Shown here: positions 1-9,011 of the stretch, piece after piece
Position numbering within the stretch: the stretch's first letter is position 1
How the letters are laid out: each line of letters starts with the position of its first letter
Source: Candidatus Bathyarchaeota archaeon
Lineage (GTDB): Archaea; Thermoproteota; Bathyarchaeia; 40CM-2-53-6
Reading direction: 5' to 3'
Length of the DNA stretch: 64,000 nt
NCBI GenBank assembly: GCA_963726255.1
Contig: CAVSBL010000002.1
Span: 416,001 to 480,000, forward strand
Translations under genes and position numbers: made by a program
The notes under the pieces: generated by a model
What the model was told of the DNA's origin: nothing
Database searches by the model: none
Seen by the model: the letters and a program-made list of their open reading frames with translations, nothing else

Positions 1-2
1 TC

Positions 3-554
3 AAAAGTATCTCGGAACAATCTACGTACCAGGCGGGGGCGCGTGGGTGGCTATGGATAAAGTACAAACGCTCGTACAAAGCCGAAGTCCAAGACACTTT
101 TGACCTCGTCCCTGTAGGGGCATTCGCGGGAAGAGGAAGACGAGCGGGGAGCTATGGCGCACTCCTGATGGCTGCTTACAATCAGAAGAACGACGTTTTC
201 GAAACGCTGTGCAAACTGGGCTCAGGTTTCACCGACCAAGACTTAGCTGACCTACCGAAGCTAACGGAGAAGAGTGTAATCAAACACAGGCATCCGCGTG
301 TCAACTCGCTTATGGAGCCCGATGCGTGGTTCGAACCCTCGATTGTCTTGGAGGTGGCCGCGGACGAAATCACGTTATCCCCCCTTCACACGTGCGGCAG
401 GGATGTGATAAGGCCGAACAGCGGCCTCGCGCTCAGATTCCCCAGGTTCACTGGTAAGTGGAGAAAAGACAAGTCGGCTGAGGACGCGACTACTTCACAA
501 GAAGCGCTGGAAATGTACCAGAAGCAGCTCAAGAAAATAGAGAGCGAAACATAG
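3..554 (+). CDS. lig: ATP-dependent DNA ligase, C-terminal part (5' end outside window)
   Basis: Frame is open from position 3: [14 protein letters not shown] (motif V), OB domain [15 protein letters not shown] and LALRFPRF (motif VI). Confidence 0.93.
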   Translation, partial: KSISEQSTYQAGARGWLWIKYKRSYKAEVQDTFDLVPVGAFAGRGRRAGSYGALLMAAYNQKNDVFETLCKLGSGFTDQDLADLPKLTEKSVIKHRHPRVNSLMEPDAWFEPSIVLEVAADEITLSPLHTCGRDVIRPNSGLALRFPRFTGKWRKDKSAEDATTSQEALEMYQKQLKKIESET

Positions 555-687
555 CACGAATTCGCCAATTCCGGCTCAGAGGCTAGTTGATTGTTTGCTG
601 GTCTATAGGTGAACGATTCGTCTGCGTTTGGGTGTCTTCATCTTCCAGAAGCCTGAGGCGTCCCTATAGTACTCTGCAGTCTCCAAT

Positions 688-781
688 TGATGAGTCCTCA
701 CGAGTACTAATTAGTATTCTTAGTATATTTAAGGCTTAGCAATGCTCATTAAGCCTATGGCGGCCTCGTGAGTACTCATCA
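688..781. promoter_or_regulatory. Nested inverted repeats around an AT-rich TATA-like segment upstream of the AbrB-like gene (putative operator)
   Basis: TGATGAGTCCTCACGAG (688-704) versus CTCGTGAGTACTCATCA (765-781), one mismatch; inner AGGCTTA/TAAGCCT repeat at 732-756. Confidence 0.5.
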
Positions 782-792
782 GGCGTCAAAGG

Positions 793-957
793 ATGTCCCA
801 AAGCCTAGACATTGTGCGGCTTCAAGATTTTCGAGGGCAATATCGGATAACGATTCCCAAGGAGATGGTTGAGAAATTGAAGTGGGAAAAGGGCCAGCCC
901 CTATTCATATCCCTTGAAGGCACAAAAATAATCGTAGAACCCGTGACTAAGCGCTAA
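793..957 (+). CDS. AbrB/MazE/SpoVT-family DNA-binding protein (54 aa, absent from ORF track)
   Basis: Own translation MSQSLDIVRLQDFRGQYRITIPKEMVEKLKWEKGQPLFISLEGTKIIVEPVTKR shows the GQxxITIPKE..L.W..G pattern. Confidence 0.78.
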   Translation: MSQSLDIVRLQDFRGQYRITIPKEMVEKLKWEKGQPLFISLEGTKIIVEPVTKR

Positions 958-1020
958 TCTACCACGACAATTTATCTTCGACCGTGACGAACTGACACTT
1001 CGGAGGAATAAGGTACGACT

Positions 1021-1827
1021 CTGTCATGTTCCTTTTGCGGCATCCACGAGAATGAACTTGTGCAAGTAACGAATGTAACCTATGCCGACGGAAGGGAAGC
1101 TCATTTTTGCTTGGGCTGTTTCGTGAGCGGGACGGTCAACGATGGCGCGATCTTACTGCTAGGCCCAGCCAAAGTTGGAAAAACGTCCTTCTGCAAAGCA
1201 TTTGCACGTGCCGCCCTTGAGGCGGGAAGGCCAGTTGTTTACCTGCCCTCGGATGAGACCGCCGGGGACTTGCGGGGAGAGATCAGCAAATCTTTCGCAA
1301 AGGGGTACGGTGAAGCGCCCGCTCTTGAGGAAGACGGTGAACTTCGAATACTTGACTGCTACAGTGCCCTCATGGGCAAGAAGCCTGAAACGAAATATGC
1401 ACTGACAAACCTCGCGAACCTCACCGACCTTAGCATCACACTGAAAGCCGCATGGGAGGGTCTAACAAAATCATGCCTGCTGGTCGACGACCTCACCTCA
1501 ATAGTCCAAGAGGCGGGGACCGACGTTACCCTGAAATTCCTGCGCCAACTGCTCGCGAAAATCAAAGGAACAGAGACGCTGGGATTGTTCTCATTGACGA
1601 CCGATATTCTTGAGCCACGCTTCCAAAATGCCCTCGTCTCGATGTACGACGGCGTTCTAGAAATGAAGATTCAGGAAGGCCCGGAGGGTTTAGAGAGATT
1701 TGTGCGAATATACTCGCTGCGCGGACAAAAACATTCGACTAAGTGGAATCGCTTCGACATAACGGATGAGGGCATCACCATGCTGCCCGAGATCCAACCA
1801 CTAGGGACCGGGGTCCCATCAGCCTAA
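1021..1827 (+). CDS. RAD55/KaiC-like RecA-superfamily ATPase with N-terminal C4 zinc finger
   Basis: Walker A GPAKVGKT, Walker B LLVDDL, YDGVLEMK and RFVRIYSLRGQKH. Frame extends upstream to CTG 1021, adding CSFCG...FCLGC. Confidence 0.8.
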   Translation: MSCSFCGIHENELVQVTNVTYADGREAHFCLGCFVSGTVNDGAILLLGPAKVGKTSFCKAFARAALEAGRPVVYLPSDETAGDLRGEISKSFAKGYGEAPALEEDGELRILDCYSALMGKKPETKYALTNLANLTDLSITLKAAWEGLTKSCLLVDDLTSIVQEAGTDVTLKFLRQLLAKIKGTETLGLFSLTTDILEPRFQNALVSMYDGVLEMKIQEGPEGLERFVRIYSLRGQKHSTKWNRFDITDEGITMLPEIQPLGTGVPSA

Positions 1828-2279
1828 AATTCGAAGAGCCTCTAAGACCGTCTCGGGGTGCTTGTAGGATGTCGGCAGAAGCACAACAGGGAAAGTCTTG
1901 CGAATGACCCCCTGTTTGTCGATTATGAACGTTGTACGTTTCGCGAAGTAACCCCCGTAGCCTAGAACACCGTAGAGTCGTGAGATGGACCTGTCTTGGT
2001 CGCTCAGAAGGTTGAATGGAATCTTGTGGCGGGAAGCGAAGTCGGCGTGCGCTTCATCCGAGTCCACACTGATGCCCAGCAACTCTGTGTCTGCAGATCT
2101 GAATTTCTCGTAGCTATCTCTAAACGCGAAGGTTTCAGCTCGGCAACCCGGGCTGAGGTTCTTAGTGTAGAAGTAGAGTACCACGTTCTTTCCCGCAAGC
2201 CAGACAGCGTCACACTTGACCCATCATTGGCTTTTGCTGTGAAATCGGGTGCTGGTTGGCCCTCGGCTACATCTGGCGT
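1819..2279 (-). pseudogene. bcp: Peroxiredoxin (BCP/AhpC-TSA family), split by a 1-nt frameshift near 2192; start uncertain
   Basis: VAEGQPAPDFTAKANDGSSVTLSGLR in one frame and VVLYFYTKNLSPGC...LGISVD in another; one extra G restores LRGKNVVLYFY. Confidence 0.8.
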
Positions 2280-2375
2280 TCTTCGTCTAGCTTGGAAAGG
2301 ATTTGGCTCAGAAATATGTTTCGAGTGCAAGCAGGAGGGGGCCGGACATCTCTGGCAAACCAAGGTGCAGAGGTA

Positions 2376-2744
2376 TCAGGTGTTGGCCCGTATGGCTTCC
2401 AAGTTCCTGGCGAAGTCGTGAGCAATCTCAGTAAGGTCTGAGCCGGGTTGAACTGCTACCATGACCTGTTCGTTCTTGAGGGTGAAGACAAGCTGCGAAA
2501 GTGACCCTGCTTGCCCAACTAGGTAGGTGATGTCATCAAGGAGGTCGGTTACCAGGAATGAATCTGCTACCGCCATATTTGGTCTGGCGAAATCAACTTC
2601 ACTATCCTTGACTAGGTCGTCGAGCCGCTTCACTCCCGCGGGCTTTGCGGTTCGGAATATGACCACCGAACGAATCCTTGCATCAGCTCGGATCGACCGC
2701 AGAACTTCAGGCTCGATTGCTTGTTCTGTTATTGTTTGTTGCAT
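2376..2744 (-). CDS. Hypothetical protein (about 122 aa)
   Basis: Protein-like composition from MQQTITEQ onward; the upstream extension in the ORF track overlaps another ORF. Confidence 0.55.
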   Translation of the reverse strand: MQQTITEQAIEPEVLRSIRADARIRSVVIFRTAKPAGVKRLDDLVKDSEVDFARPNMAVADSFLVTDLLDDITYLVGQAGSLSQLVFTLKNEQVMVAVQPGSDLTEIAHDFARNLEAIRANT

Positions 2745-2749
2745 TGTTT

Positions 2750-2980
2750 TCACCTCGCAAAGGACTGCCGGCCCTGTATTTCGTTGAAGGCCCTTCGGGC
2801 CATCGTTTCTCTCTGGAATTCGTCGGAGCTCACAGTCGAAAGCCAATCTCGTTTCTGACGGAAATTCTTCCACAGCATTCCTTGAAGGCGTACGTTTAGA
2901 TTCGGAGCAAAGGATGTGATCTTCGGGCCTATCGCTGCAAGGACTCCCAGCTTGTCCAGCACGTTTGTGACGATGCTCAT
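2750..2980 (-). CDS. Hypothetical protein (about 76 aa)
   Basis: GGAGGT SD-like sequence before ATG 2980; ends 5 nt before the next gene. Confidence 0.5.
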   Translation of the reverse strand: MSIVTNVLDKLGVLAAIGPKITSFAPNLNVRLQGMLWKNFRQKRDWLSTVSSDEFQRETMARRAFNEIQGRQSFAR

Positions 2981-3143
2981 CCACATTACCTCCAGCAAGT
3001 AATGATGTCGAACTGACGGTAGTGTCTTGTACCGTCGTGGGATGGTGAAATCGAGCCAGCGCCCGCTGAGTTAGCTGAGCCGTCTTGCGACGGCACATCC
3101 CTTATAGAGCCATAGGGGCTCAGTTAGGTCAGTTGATCATGCC

Positions 3144-3878
3144 ATGTTTGAAGTCTCGTTCAAAATGCAGCATGACTGCCCCTACACCCGTTTCACTCTG
3201 AAGAACCCCGAAGTGAGGGTCGTTCAGTGGTGTAACAACCAGATCCATGTCATGGAAGTTGACTGTCCCAACATCGAGACGTTCACGAGAATTGAGCCTG
3301 ACTTGAAAGAGCTTCTCCTCTGGAAGGGTGGCAGAGTCCTCAAGAAGAACTTCCTCGAAGGCAACCTCCAACTGATAGTGAAAACCTGCCGCTGCGGCAA
3401 GATCGTGCCAAACGTCTCAAACATAATTGAAGCGAATTCGTGCCTGCAAATGCAACCCGAAACCTACTACGGTGGGTGGGAGGAGTATAGAGTCATAGGA
3501 TTCCGCGAGAACGATTACAAGAGGATGTTCGAAGAACTCAGCCGCCTCGGCCCGCTTGAGATAGTTCAGAAGAAAGTGGTTCCGGAAAAGAGCATTCGAG
3601 AGGCTTTCGTGATATCGGTGAACAGCATTTTTTCAGAACTGACAGCCAAGCAGGTTAACTCGCTGATGGCGGCTTTGGAATACGGCTACTATCAAGTCCC
3701 GAAAAAAATGACTGCGGAAGAAATAGCTAGCAAGAACAAGGTGCCCCGCACAACCTTCGAGGAACACCTGCGCAAGGCGGAGAGCAAGATCCTACGTGCA
3801 ATGGCTCCCTATGTTAGGATGTACGCTTCCAAGCCCCAAAAGGCTCTCGAGAAACCACCGGAGGTCCCTGTCGACTAG
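3144..3878 (+). CDS. HTH-10 (bacterio-opsin activator-like) transcription regulator
   Basis: N-terminal HDCP and C-terminal LTAKQ...ALEYGYYQVPKK...EHLRKAESKI signature. Confidence 0.88.
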   Translation: MFEVSFKMQHDCPYTRFTLKNPEVRVVQWCNNQIHVMEVDCPNIETFTRIEPDLKELLLWKGGRVLKKNFLEGNLQLIVKTCRCGKIVPNVSNIIEANSCLQMQPETYYGGWEEYRVIGFRENDYKRMFEELSRLGPLEIVQKKVVPEKSIREAFVISVNSIFSELTAKQVNSLMAALEYGYYQVPKKMTAEEIASKNKVPRTTFEEHLRKAESKILRAMAPYVRMYASKPQKALEKPPEVPVD

Positions 3879-3937
3879 CCGCATAGCCCTCTAAGCACAG
3901 TTAATACCCTCCCGCCCAATATTATCCCTCGATTTTC

Positions 3938-4372
3938 ATGTTCTCGAGGGTCCTTGTTGGCGTGGACGGTTCGCCATACGCTGAGAGAGCGTTGAGATGT
4001 GCAGTTGATTTGGCAAAGAAGTACGGCGCCAAACTGATCGTAGCACACGTCGTTCTCCGCCAATTCTACGCTGTAACACCATCAGAAGCAGGTGTTCTCG
4101 CGACCACGGTCTTCGTTAAGGAAATGGAAGCGGAGGGCAAAGAGATCATGAGCAAAGCTGAAGCCTATGCGAAAGCCCAGGGGGCGGATTACGAGTGCAA
4201 GTTGCTTCAGGGTGTGCCCGCCGAGGAAATCATCAAAGCCGCTCATTCCGAAAACGTCGACCTAATCGTGGTCGGTAGCAGGGGGCTCACTGAAGTTCGC
4301 GCGTTCCTGCTCGGTAGTGTGTCAGACAAAGTGAGCCATCACGCCAAATGCCCTACGCTAATCGTCAAATAG
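3938..4372 (+). CDS. Universal stress protein (UspA family)
   Basis: RVLVGVDGS, DLIVVGSRG, LLGSVSDKVSHHAKCPTLIVK. Confidence 0.93.
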   Translation: MFSRVLVGVDGSPYAERALRCAVDLAKKYGAKLIVAHVVLRQFYAVTPSEAGVLATTVFVKEMEAEGKEIMSKAEAYAKAQGADYECKLLQGVPAEEIIKAAHSENVDLIVVGSRGLTEVRAFLLGSVSDKVSHHAKCPTLIVK

Positions 4373-4383
4373 GCGAAGTCACG

Positions 4384-5691
4384 TTACACCGAGATCATAA
4401 GGTACAGGTCGCCGACGTTCGTTCCCGTTGGTCCCGTAACTAAACCGTCATTAAGAGTTCGGAAGAATCGGTAGGAATCATTCCGAGCCAGGAATCTGTT
4501 CGTGTCCAGCCCCTTTCTTCTAGCCCGTAGGCTTGTCCTTCCATCCGTCAGTGCACCAGCCGCCTTACTATTACCGTCAATTCCATCAGTCCCTAGCGCG
4601 GCCACGACGGTGCCGTCGAGGCCTGCAATTCCTTCCGTGGCCCAGAGGACACTTTCCTGATTTCGACCACCTTTCCCTCCCCCGATGATCTCGACCGTTG
4701 TCTCTCCGCCCATGACGATCGCCCGAGAATACCCGTATGATTTTCCGTAGTCCTTAGTAGCCAAGTCCGCCAGCAGTCTTCCCATCTGTTTCGCTTCCAT
4801 TTCAGCTGAAGATGTTAGGATATTCGCGTGCACGCTGTTCGCTCTCAGCGCCCTTTTCGCTGCGGTGCATGCGGTTGTGCTGTCTGCGATTATGAAGTTT
4901 CGAACTCTGCTGAAGCTTGCGGTTCCCGGTTTGGGAGTTTCTGGGGCTTGACCGCGTACTCCTCGGGCCAGATGATCCTTGATTTGGCGCGGGATTTTGT
5001 TCCAAACTTTGTGCGTTTTTAGAACCTCTACGGCGTCTTGGTAAGTGGTCGGGTCCTCCGCCGTCAGCCCCGAAGCGATGTCCGGGAGGCAGTTTCCGGG
5101 AACATCTGACACGATTAAGGACAAGATAGTTGAAGCCCGACATTGTTCGACGAGTTGGCCGCCCTTCAGAGTTGAAAGGTGCCTTCGTACTGTGTTTATT
5201 TCATGAATCGTAGCCTTGCTCGTTAGCAGGCATTCTGTCAGACGTTTCTCTTCGCTCAGCCTGACCTCGGGCGGTGGCGAAGCCAACATGGCGGAAGCGC
5301 CGCCTGAAATCATGCAAAGGAGAAGTTCATCAGCCTTCATTCGCTGGACTGCTTTGAGAACTATCTTGCCAGCTCTGAGTCCCTCGCGGTCAGGTATCGG
5401 ATGGCCCGCGTTGAAGACTTGGATGCGTGGGTCATGAACTAGTGCCCGCTCGCCCCGTGGCGCTACGAGGATCCCCCGGATTTGCTGACTTCCGAGGATC
5501 TCAAAGGCGGCTCTCATCATGGGTGCGCCGGCCTTCCCGACGGCAAGCACGAGGGTCCTGCTGAATCGAGAGAGAGGAGTTGAGAAATGTGTTTTCGTTT
5601 GGAGTTGTCCGTCTTTCACCCGCAGAAATGAAAGAGTGCGCCGGTACGGGTCAATTGAATATAGTGCTTCTTCGAGTGCTTGCAGACACAA
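4384..5691 (-). CDS. Glycerate 2-kinase (MOFRL family); true start probably further upstream (frame open to about 5790)
   Basis: AVGKA, GHPIPD, ISGGASA, HLSTLKGG, SDVPG, GGETTV, GGRNQE, TDGIDG, TGPTGTNVGD. Confidence 0.92.
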   Translation of the reverse strand: MCLQALEEALYSIDPYRRTLSFLRVKDGQLQTKTHFSTPLSRFSRTLVLAVGKAGAPMMRAAFEILGSQQIRGILVAPRGERALVHDPRIQVFNAGHPIPDREGLRAGKIVLKAVQRMKADELLLCMISGGASAMLASPPPEVRLSEEKRLTECLLTSKATIHEINTVRRHLSTLKGGQLVEQCRASTILSLIVSDVPGNCLPDIASGLTAEDPTTYQDAVEVLKTHKVWNKIPRQIKDHLARGVRGQAPETPKPGTASFSRVRNFIIADSTTACTAAKRALRANSVHANILTSSAEMEAKQMGRLLADLATKDYGKSYGYSRAIVMGGETTVEIIGGGKGGRNQESVLWATEGIAGLDGTVVAALGTDGIDGNSKAAGALTDGRTSLRARRKGLDTNRFLARNDSYRFFRTLNDGLVTGPTGTNVGDLYLMISV

Positions 5692-5877
5692 CCGTCGAGC
5701 CGTACGATCTCGGGCAGACGTTCCGTTGTGAATCAGTTCGACTTTATTTCTGATGAAGTTGTTTTGCGGTTGTTTCGAGGGAAGTTCAGCCCGCCTTCAC
5801 TATCTTCGATAACTATTGTAGTTCAAAGTCGATGCCTACACGTATGCGTCGGCGAGAAATTGTTCGAGAGCCAGCTT

Positions 5878-6141
5878 CTACAGGTTGGTCGATTCGCCTT
5901 CCGAACTGCCAGAAGGCATCGGTTCATTTGAACGGGGTTGCTCAGCCGGAGTAGGTTCCACAGGTTGGGTTTCCAGCATTGGTTCCGGCATGGGTGGCTG
6001 TTCAACTGCTGGAGTTGGTGGGGGTGCTGCTTCGGCGGGCTTAGGTTTAGGAGGCATTCTCTTCTTTGGCTTGGCTTTCTTCTTCGCCGAACGCTTTGCT
6101 CTCTTTTTCATACCTTTCTTGGCCTTTCGTTTCTTAGCCAA
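5878..6141 (-). CDS. Small Lys/Arg-rich then Pro/Glu-rich low-complexity protein
   Basis: MAKKRKAKKGMKKRAKRSAKKKAKPKKR followed by a PAEAAPPPTPAVEQPP tail; TTG start with GGTG upstream. Confidence 0.6.
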   Translation of the reverse strand: MAKKRKAKKGMKKRAKRSAKKKAKPKKRMPPKPKPAEAAPPPTPAVEQPPMPEPMLETQPVEPTPAEQPRSNEPMPSGSSEGESTNL

Positions 6142-6378
6142 ACAATGGCACCGCCCTATTGTCGAAGTTCGAATGGTAATAAGTCTTCTAGGAAATTTCC
6201 GTGCTCTAGTACATTTTCACGCTAAACGTTTCGGACTGTTAATTGAGTCGGTTTACCGGCTGGTGAAGCCGCTCACACGCTGTTCAATACTCTTTGAATC
6301 CTTGGAATTGCTCAGCACAGCTTAGCACTCTGCAAGCTTTAAGCCTCCAAAGGCCGATTTGGCCTCGAAGGCTCTATC

Positions 6379-7524
6379 GTGCGATTTTCTACGCGCGCAA
6401 TCCATGCAGGGGATGAGCTGGACAACCCGACTGGGACGGTTGTTGTTCCAATCTACCAAGTATCAACGTTCAACCAGACTCAGGCAGCCACGGGTGCTGG
6501 TTACGTGTATTCTAGGACTGGCAACCCGACGAGAACGGCTCCAGAGAAATGTCTTGCATCACTTGAAGAAGCGGAACATGGACTGGCATTTGCGTCCGGG
6601 ATGGCCGCCATAACCAACCTCCTCCTGGGCTTGCTCAGGGAAGGCGACAGCATTCTGGCCGTAGACGGTCTGTATGGAGGAACGCGGCGACTCTTCACCC
6701 GAATAATGCGAAACTTCGGTGTGGAATCCACGTACGTCGATGGAACCAATCTGAGTAATTTCGAGACCAAGCTGAGCCCTGGAACGAAGATCGTGTGGGT
6801 AGAGAGCCCGACAAACCCGCTCCTCAAGATCGTGGACATCGCGGGCGTTGCCAAGATTGCACACAGCCACAACGCGCTGCTGGTGGTGGATAACACATTC
6901 ATGAGCCCATATCTTCAGCACCCGCTCCGACTAGGGGCTGATATTGTGGTTCACAGCACGACTAAGTACCTAGGAGGACACAGTGACCTCATCGGGAGGG
7001 CCGTGGTTCTCAGCGACCCGAAGCTCTATGAGAAAGTGCAATTCGCACAGAACGCTGCAGGCGCTGTCCCTGGGCCGATGGATTGCTGGCTTGTTCTGCG
7101 AGGCATCAAAACCCTAGCTGTGAGGCTGGAACGCCACTGCAGCAATGCTCAGAAGGTCGCGGAATTCTTGGCCGCGCATACGAAGGCTTCGAAGGTCGTG
7201 TATCCTGGCTTAACCTCACATCCACAGCACGACCTAACCCGCAAACAAATGGATGGTTTTGGCGGGATGGTCAGCTTCCACTTGAAAGGTGGCACAGACG
7301 CCTGCCAGAAGCTATTGAAACATGTCAAGGTATTCACCCCGGCTGAGAGCCTAGGTGGCGTAGAATCGTTAATCGAACATCCCAGTTCAATGACGCATGC
7401 TTCAGTTCCCAAAGAGGAACGTGATAGAATCGGCGTGACAGACTCGTTGATCAGGGTATCCGTGGGTTTAGAGGACGCCGAAGATCTGATAACCGATTTA
7501 TCTACCGCCTTAGAGCACGTCTGA
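6379..7524 (+). CDS. PLP-dependent cystathionine gamma-synthase/lyase (trans-sulfuration family)
   Basis: YSRTGNPT, FASGMAAI, VESPTNP, VVDNTF, HSTTKYLGGHSD (PLP Lys), ESLGGVESLIEHP. Confidence 0.92.
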   Translation: MRFSTRAIHAGDELDNPTGTVVVPIYQVSTFNQTQAATGAGYVYSRTGNPTRTAPEKCLASLEEAEHGLAFASGMAAITNLLLGLLREGDSILAVDGLYGGTRRLFTRIMRNFGVESTYVDGTNLSNFETKLSPGTKIVWVESPTNPLLKIVDIAGVAKIAHSHNALLVVDNTFMSPYLQHPLRLGADIVVHSTTKYLGGHSDLIGRAVVLSDPKLYEKVQFAQNAAGAVPGPMDCWLVLRGIKTLAVRLERHCSNAQKVAEFLAAHTKASKVVYPGLTSHPQHDLTRKQMDGFGGMVSFHLKGGTDACQKLLKHVKVFTPAESLGGVESLIEHPSSMTHASVPKEERDRIGVTDSLIRVSVGLEDAEDLITDLSTALEHV

Positions 7525-7541
7525 TTGGACGAGGATAGGAC

Positions 7542-7886
7542 ATGAGCGATGATAAGAGCGTCGAGATTTCGTTTGAGGAGTTCAAGAAGATAGACGCTAG
7601 GGTAGGGATTATAACGCAGGTAGAGCGAGTTCCAAGAACTGAAAAACTCTACAGGATTCTCGTCGATCTCGGACCGCTAGGAGTCCGCCAGACCGTATCC
7701 AGCCTGGTTGGCTATTACGAGCCCGACCAGCTGAAGGGGAAGCGAGTTATCTTCCTCTACAATCTGAAGCCATCTAAATTTTCCGGCGAAGTCTCACAGG
7801 GAATGTTACTTGCGGCCGAGCAAGGCGACAAGCTAGCGTTGCTGACCACCGATAGCGAAGTACCTAACGGGTCGCGAATCACTTAG
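7542..7886 (+). CDS. tRNA-binding OB-fold protein (Trbp111/CsaA/MetRS C-domain-like)
   Basis: FEEFKKIDARVG, NLKPSKFSGEVSQGMLLAA. Confidence 0.88.
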   Translation: MSDDKSVEISFEEFKKIDARVGIITQVERVPRTEKLYRILVDLGPLGVRQTVSSLVGYYEPDQLKGKRVIFLYNLKPSKFSGEVSQGMLLAAEQGDKLALLTTDSEVPNGSRIT

Positions 7887-8020
7887 AAATCAACCGTTTC
7901 GGACGACAAAACCGGCGGCGGAACAATCAACTGCGGAAATGGTCTTCAACGTTTAAATGGAATGATGCCCATTCCCAATGTGATTCTGAATAAATCGTTT
8001 CATTTCTAGAAGGTTATTCG

Positions 8021-8398
8021 TTGCCGAGGAAAGGTCCAACAGAACAGGACGTGTTACGCATAGTCATGGAACTCGGCGACATGGGAATTCTGCAATCTGA
8101 GCTTTGGAGGAAACTAACAGCTGACAGCCGCGAAGGCTCAAGAGCTATACTCAGGCTTGAGAGGAAGGGGCTGATTGCTCGAAAGAAGGAACTTCACGAC
8201 GGCCGCTGGACCTACCGTGTTTTCGCAAAGCGTCGTTATGCTACAATTGACTCTATCCTAGACATCCCATGCGCCTTTTGCGACCTTGTCGGAAACTGCC
8301 CACAAGCCTGGATTTTGAATCCGAACAAGTGCGAGCATCTGACAAAGTGGATGCATGACATTGCGGACGCAGGTAAAGCGGTAGCCAAAAGTGCCTAG
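8021..8398 (+). CDS. Winged-helix protein with C-terminal Cys cluster, RPC34/TFEbeta-like
   Basis: GILQSELWRKL...SRAILRLERKGLI wHTH plus PCAFCDLVGNC...PNKCEHLTKW four-Cys motif. Confidence 0.75.
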   Translation: MPRKGPTEQDVLRIVMELGDMGILQSELWRKLTADSREGSRAILRLERKGLIARKKELHDGRWTYRVFAKRRYATIDSILDIPCAFCDLVGNCPQAWILNPNKCEHLTKWMHDIADAGKAVAKSA

Positions 8399-9011
8399 TG
8401 AATGGTTACGGCAGCGGAAGAGAGACCATTTTCACCGCCTAGCGAAAGCGAGAGGTTTCCGTAGTAGGGCCTCTTTCAAACTACTCCAAGTGGCCAAACG
8501 ATATTCCTTCGTGAAACGGAGCGACCACGTGCTTGACATCGGTTGCGCGCCTGGGGGTTGGTTGCAGGCGGCTCACCAACTCGTGGGGGGGAAAGGCTTT
8601 GTCCTAGGCGTCGACCTGCAAACTACAACCCCTCTTCAATTCGAGAATGTTTCCACAATCAAGGCTGACATAACCAAAGAAGAGGTCGTTGACCAAATCA
8701 GAGCAACGGCCCCTGGAATGTTTGATGTGGTCCTCTCCGATCTTTCCCCAAACCTATCCGGCGTGTGGGAAGTCGACCACGCCCGCCAGATCGAACTAGC
8801 TAGATGCACGTTGAGGATTGCGCGTAGCATACTGAAACCTTCGGGCGACATGCTCGTCAAGGTCTTTCAAGGTCCGGAATTAAGGGAATTTCAGCTTGAA
8901 ATGAAATCATCATTTCATGTCCTCAGGATAGTGAAACCACCCGCGAGCCGGCCTGAAAGCGCTGAGTTATACTTCTTGGGCCTAGGCTTCCTACATCAAG
9001 TTACGCAATAG
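8391..9011 (+). CDS. rlmE: 23S rRNA uridine 2'-O-methyltransferase RlmE/FtsJ
   Basis: GFRSRASFKL, DIGCAPGGW, DVVLSDLSP, KVFQG, KPPASRPESAELY. Confidence 0.93.
   Translation: MPSEWLRQRKRDHFHRLAKARGFRSRASFKLLQVAKRYSFVKRSDHVLDIGCAPGGWLQAAHQLVGGKGFVLGVDLQTTTPLQFENVSTIKADITKEEVVDQIRATAPGMFDVVLSDLSPNLSGVWEVDHARQIELARCTLRIARSILKPSGDMLVKVFQGPELREFQLEMKSSFHVLRIVKPPASRPESAELYFLGLGFLHQVTQ

Noticed and set aside
2745-3098. N-terminal extension of the 240-aa ORF 2376-3098
   Set aside because: Non-protein-like and overlaps a better ORF with an SD sequence.
7962-7989. Box C/D-like pair ATGATG...CTGA
   Set aside because: Too short for a guide sRNA and overlaps the likely promoter of the TFEbeta-like/rlmE genes.
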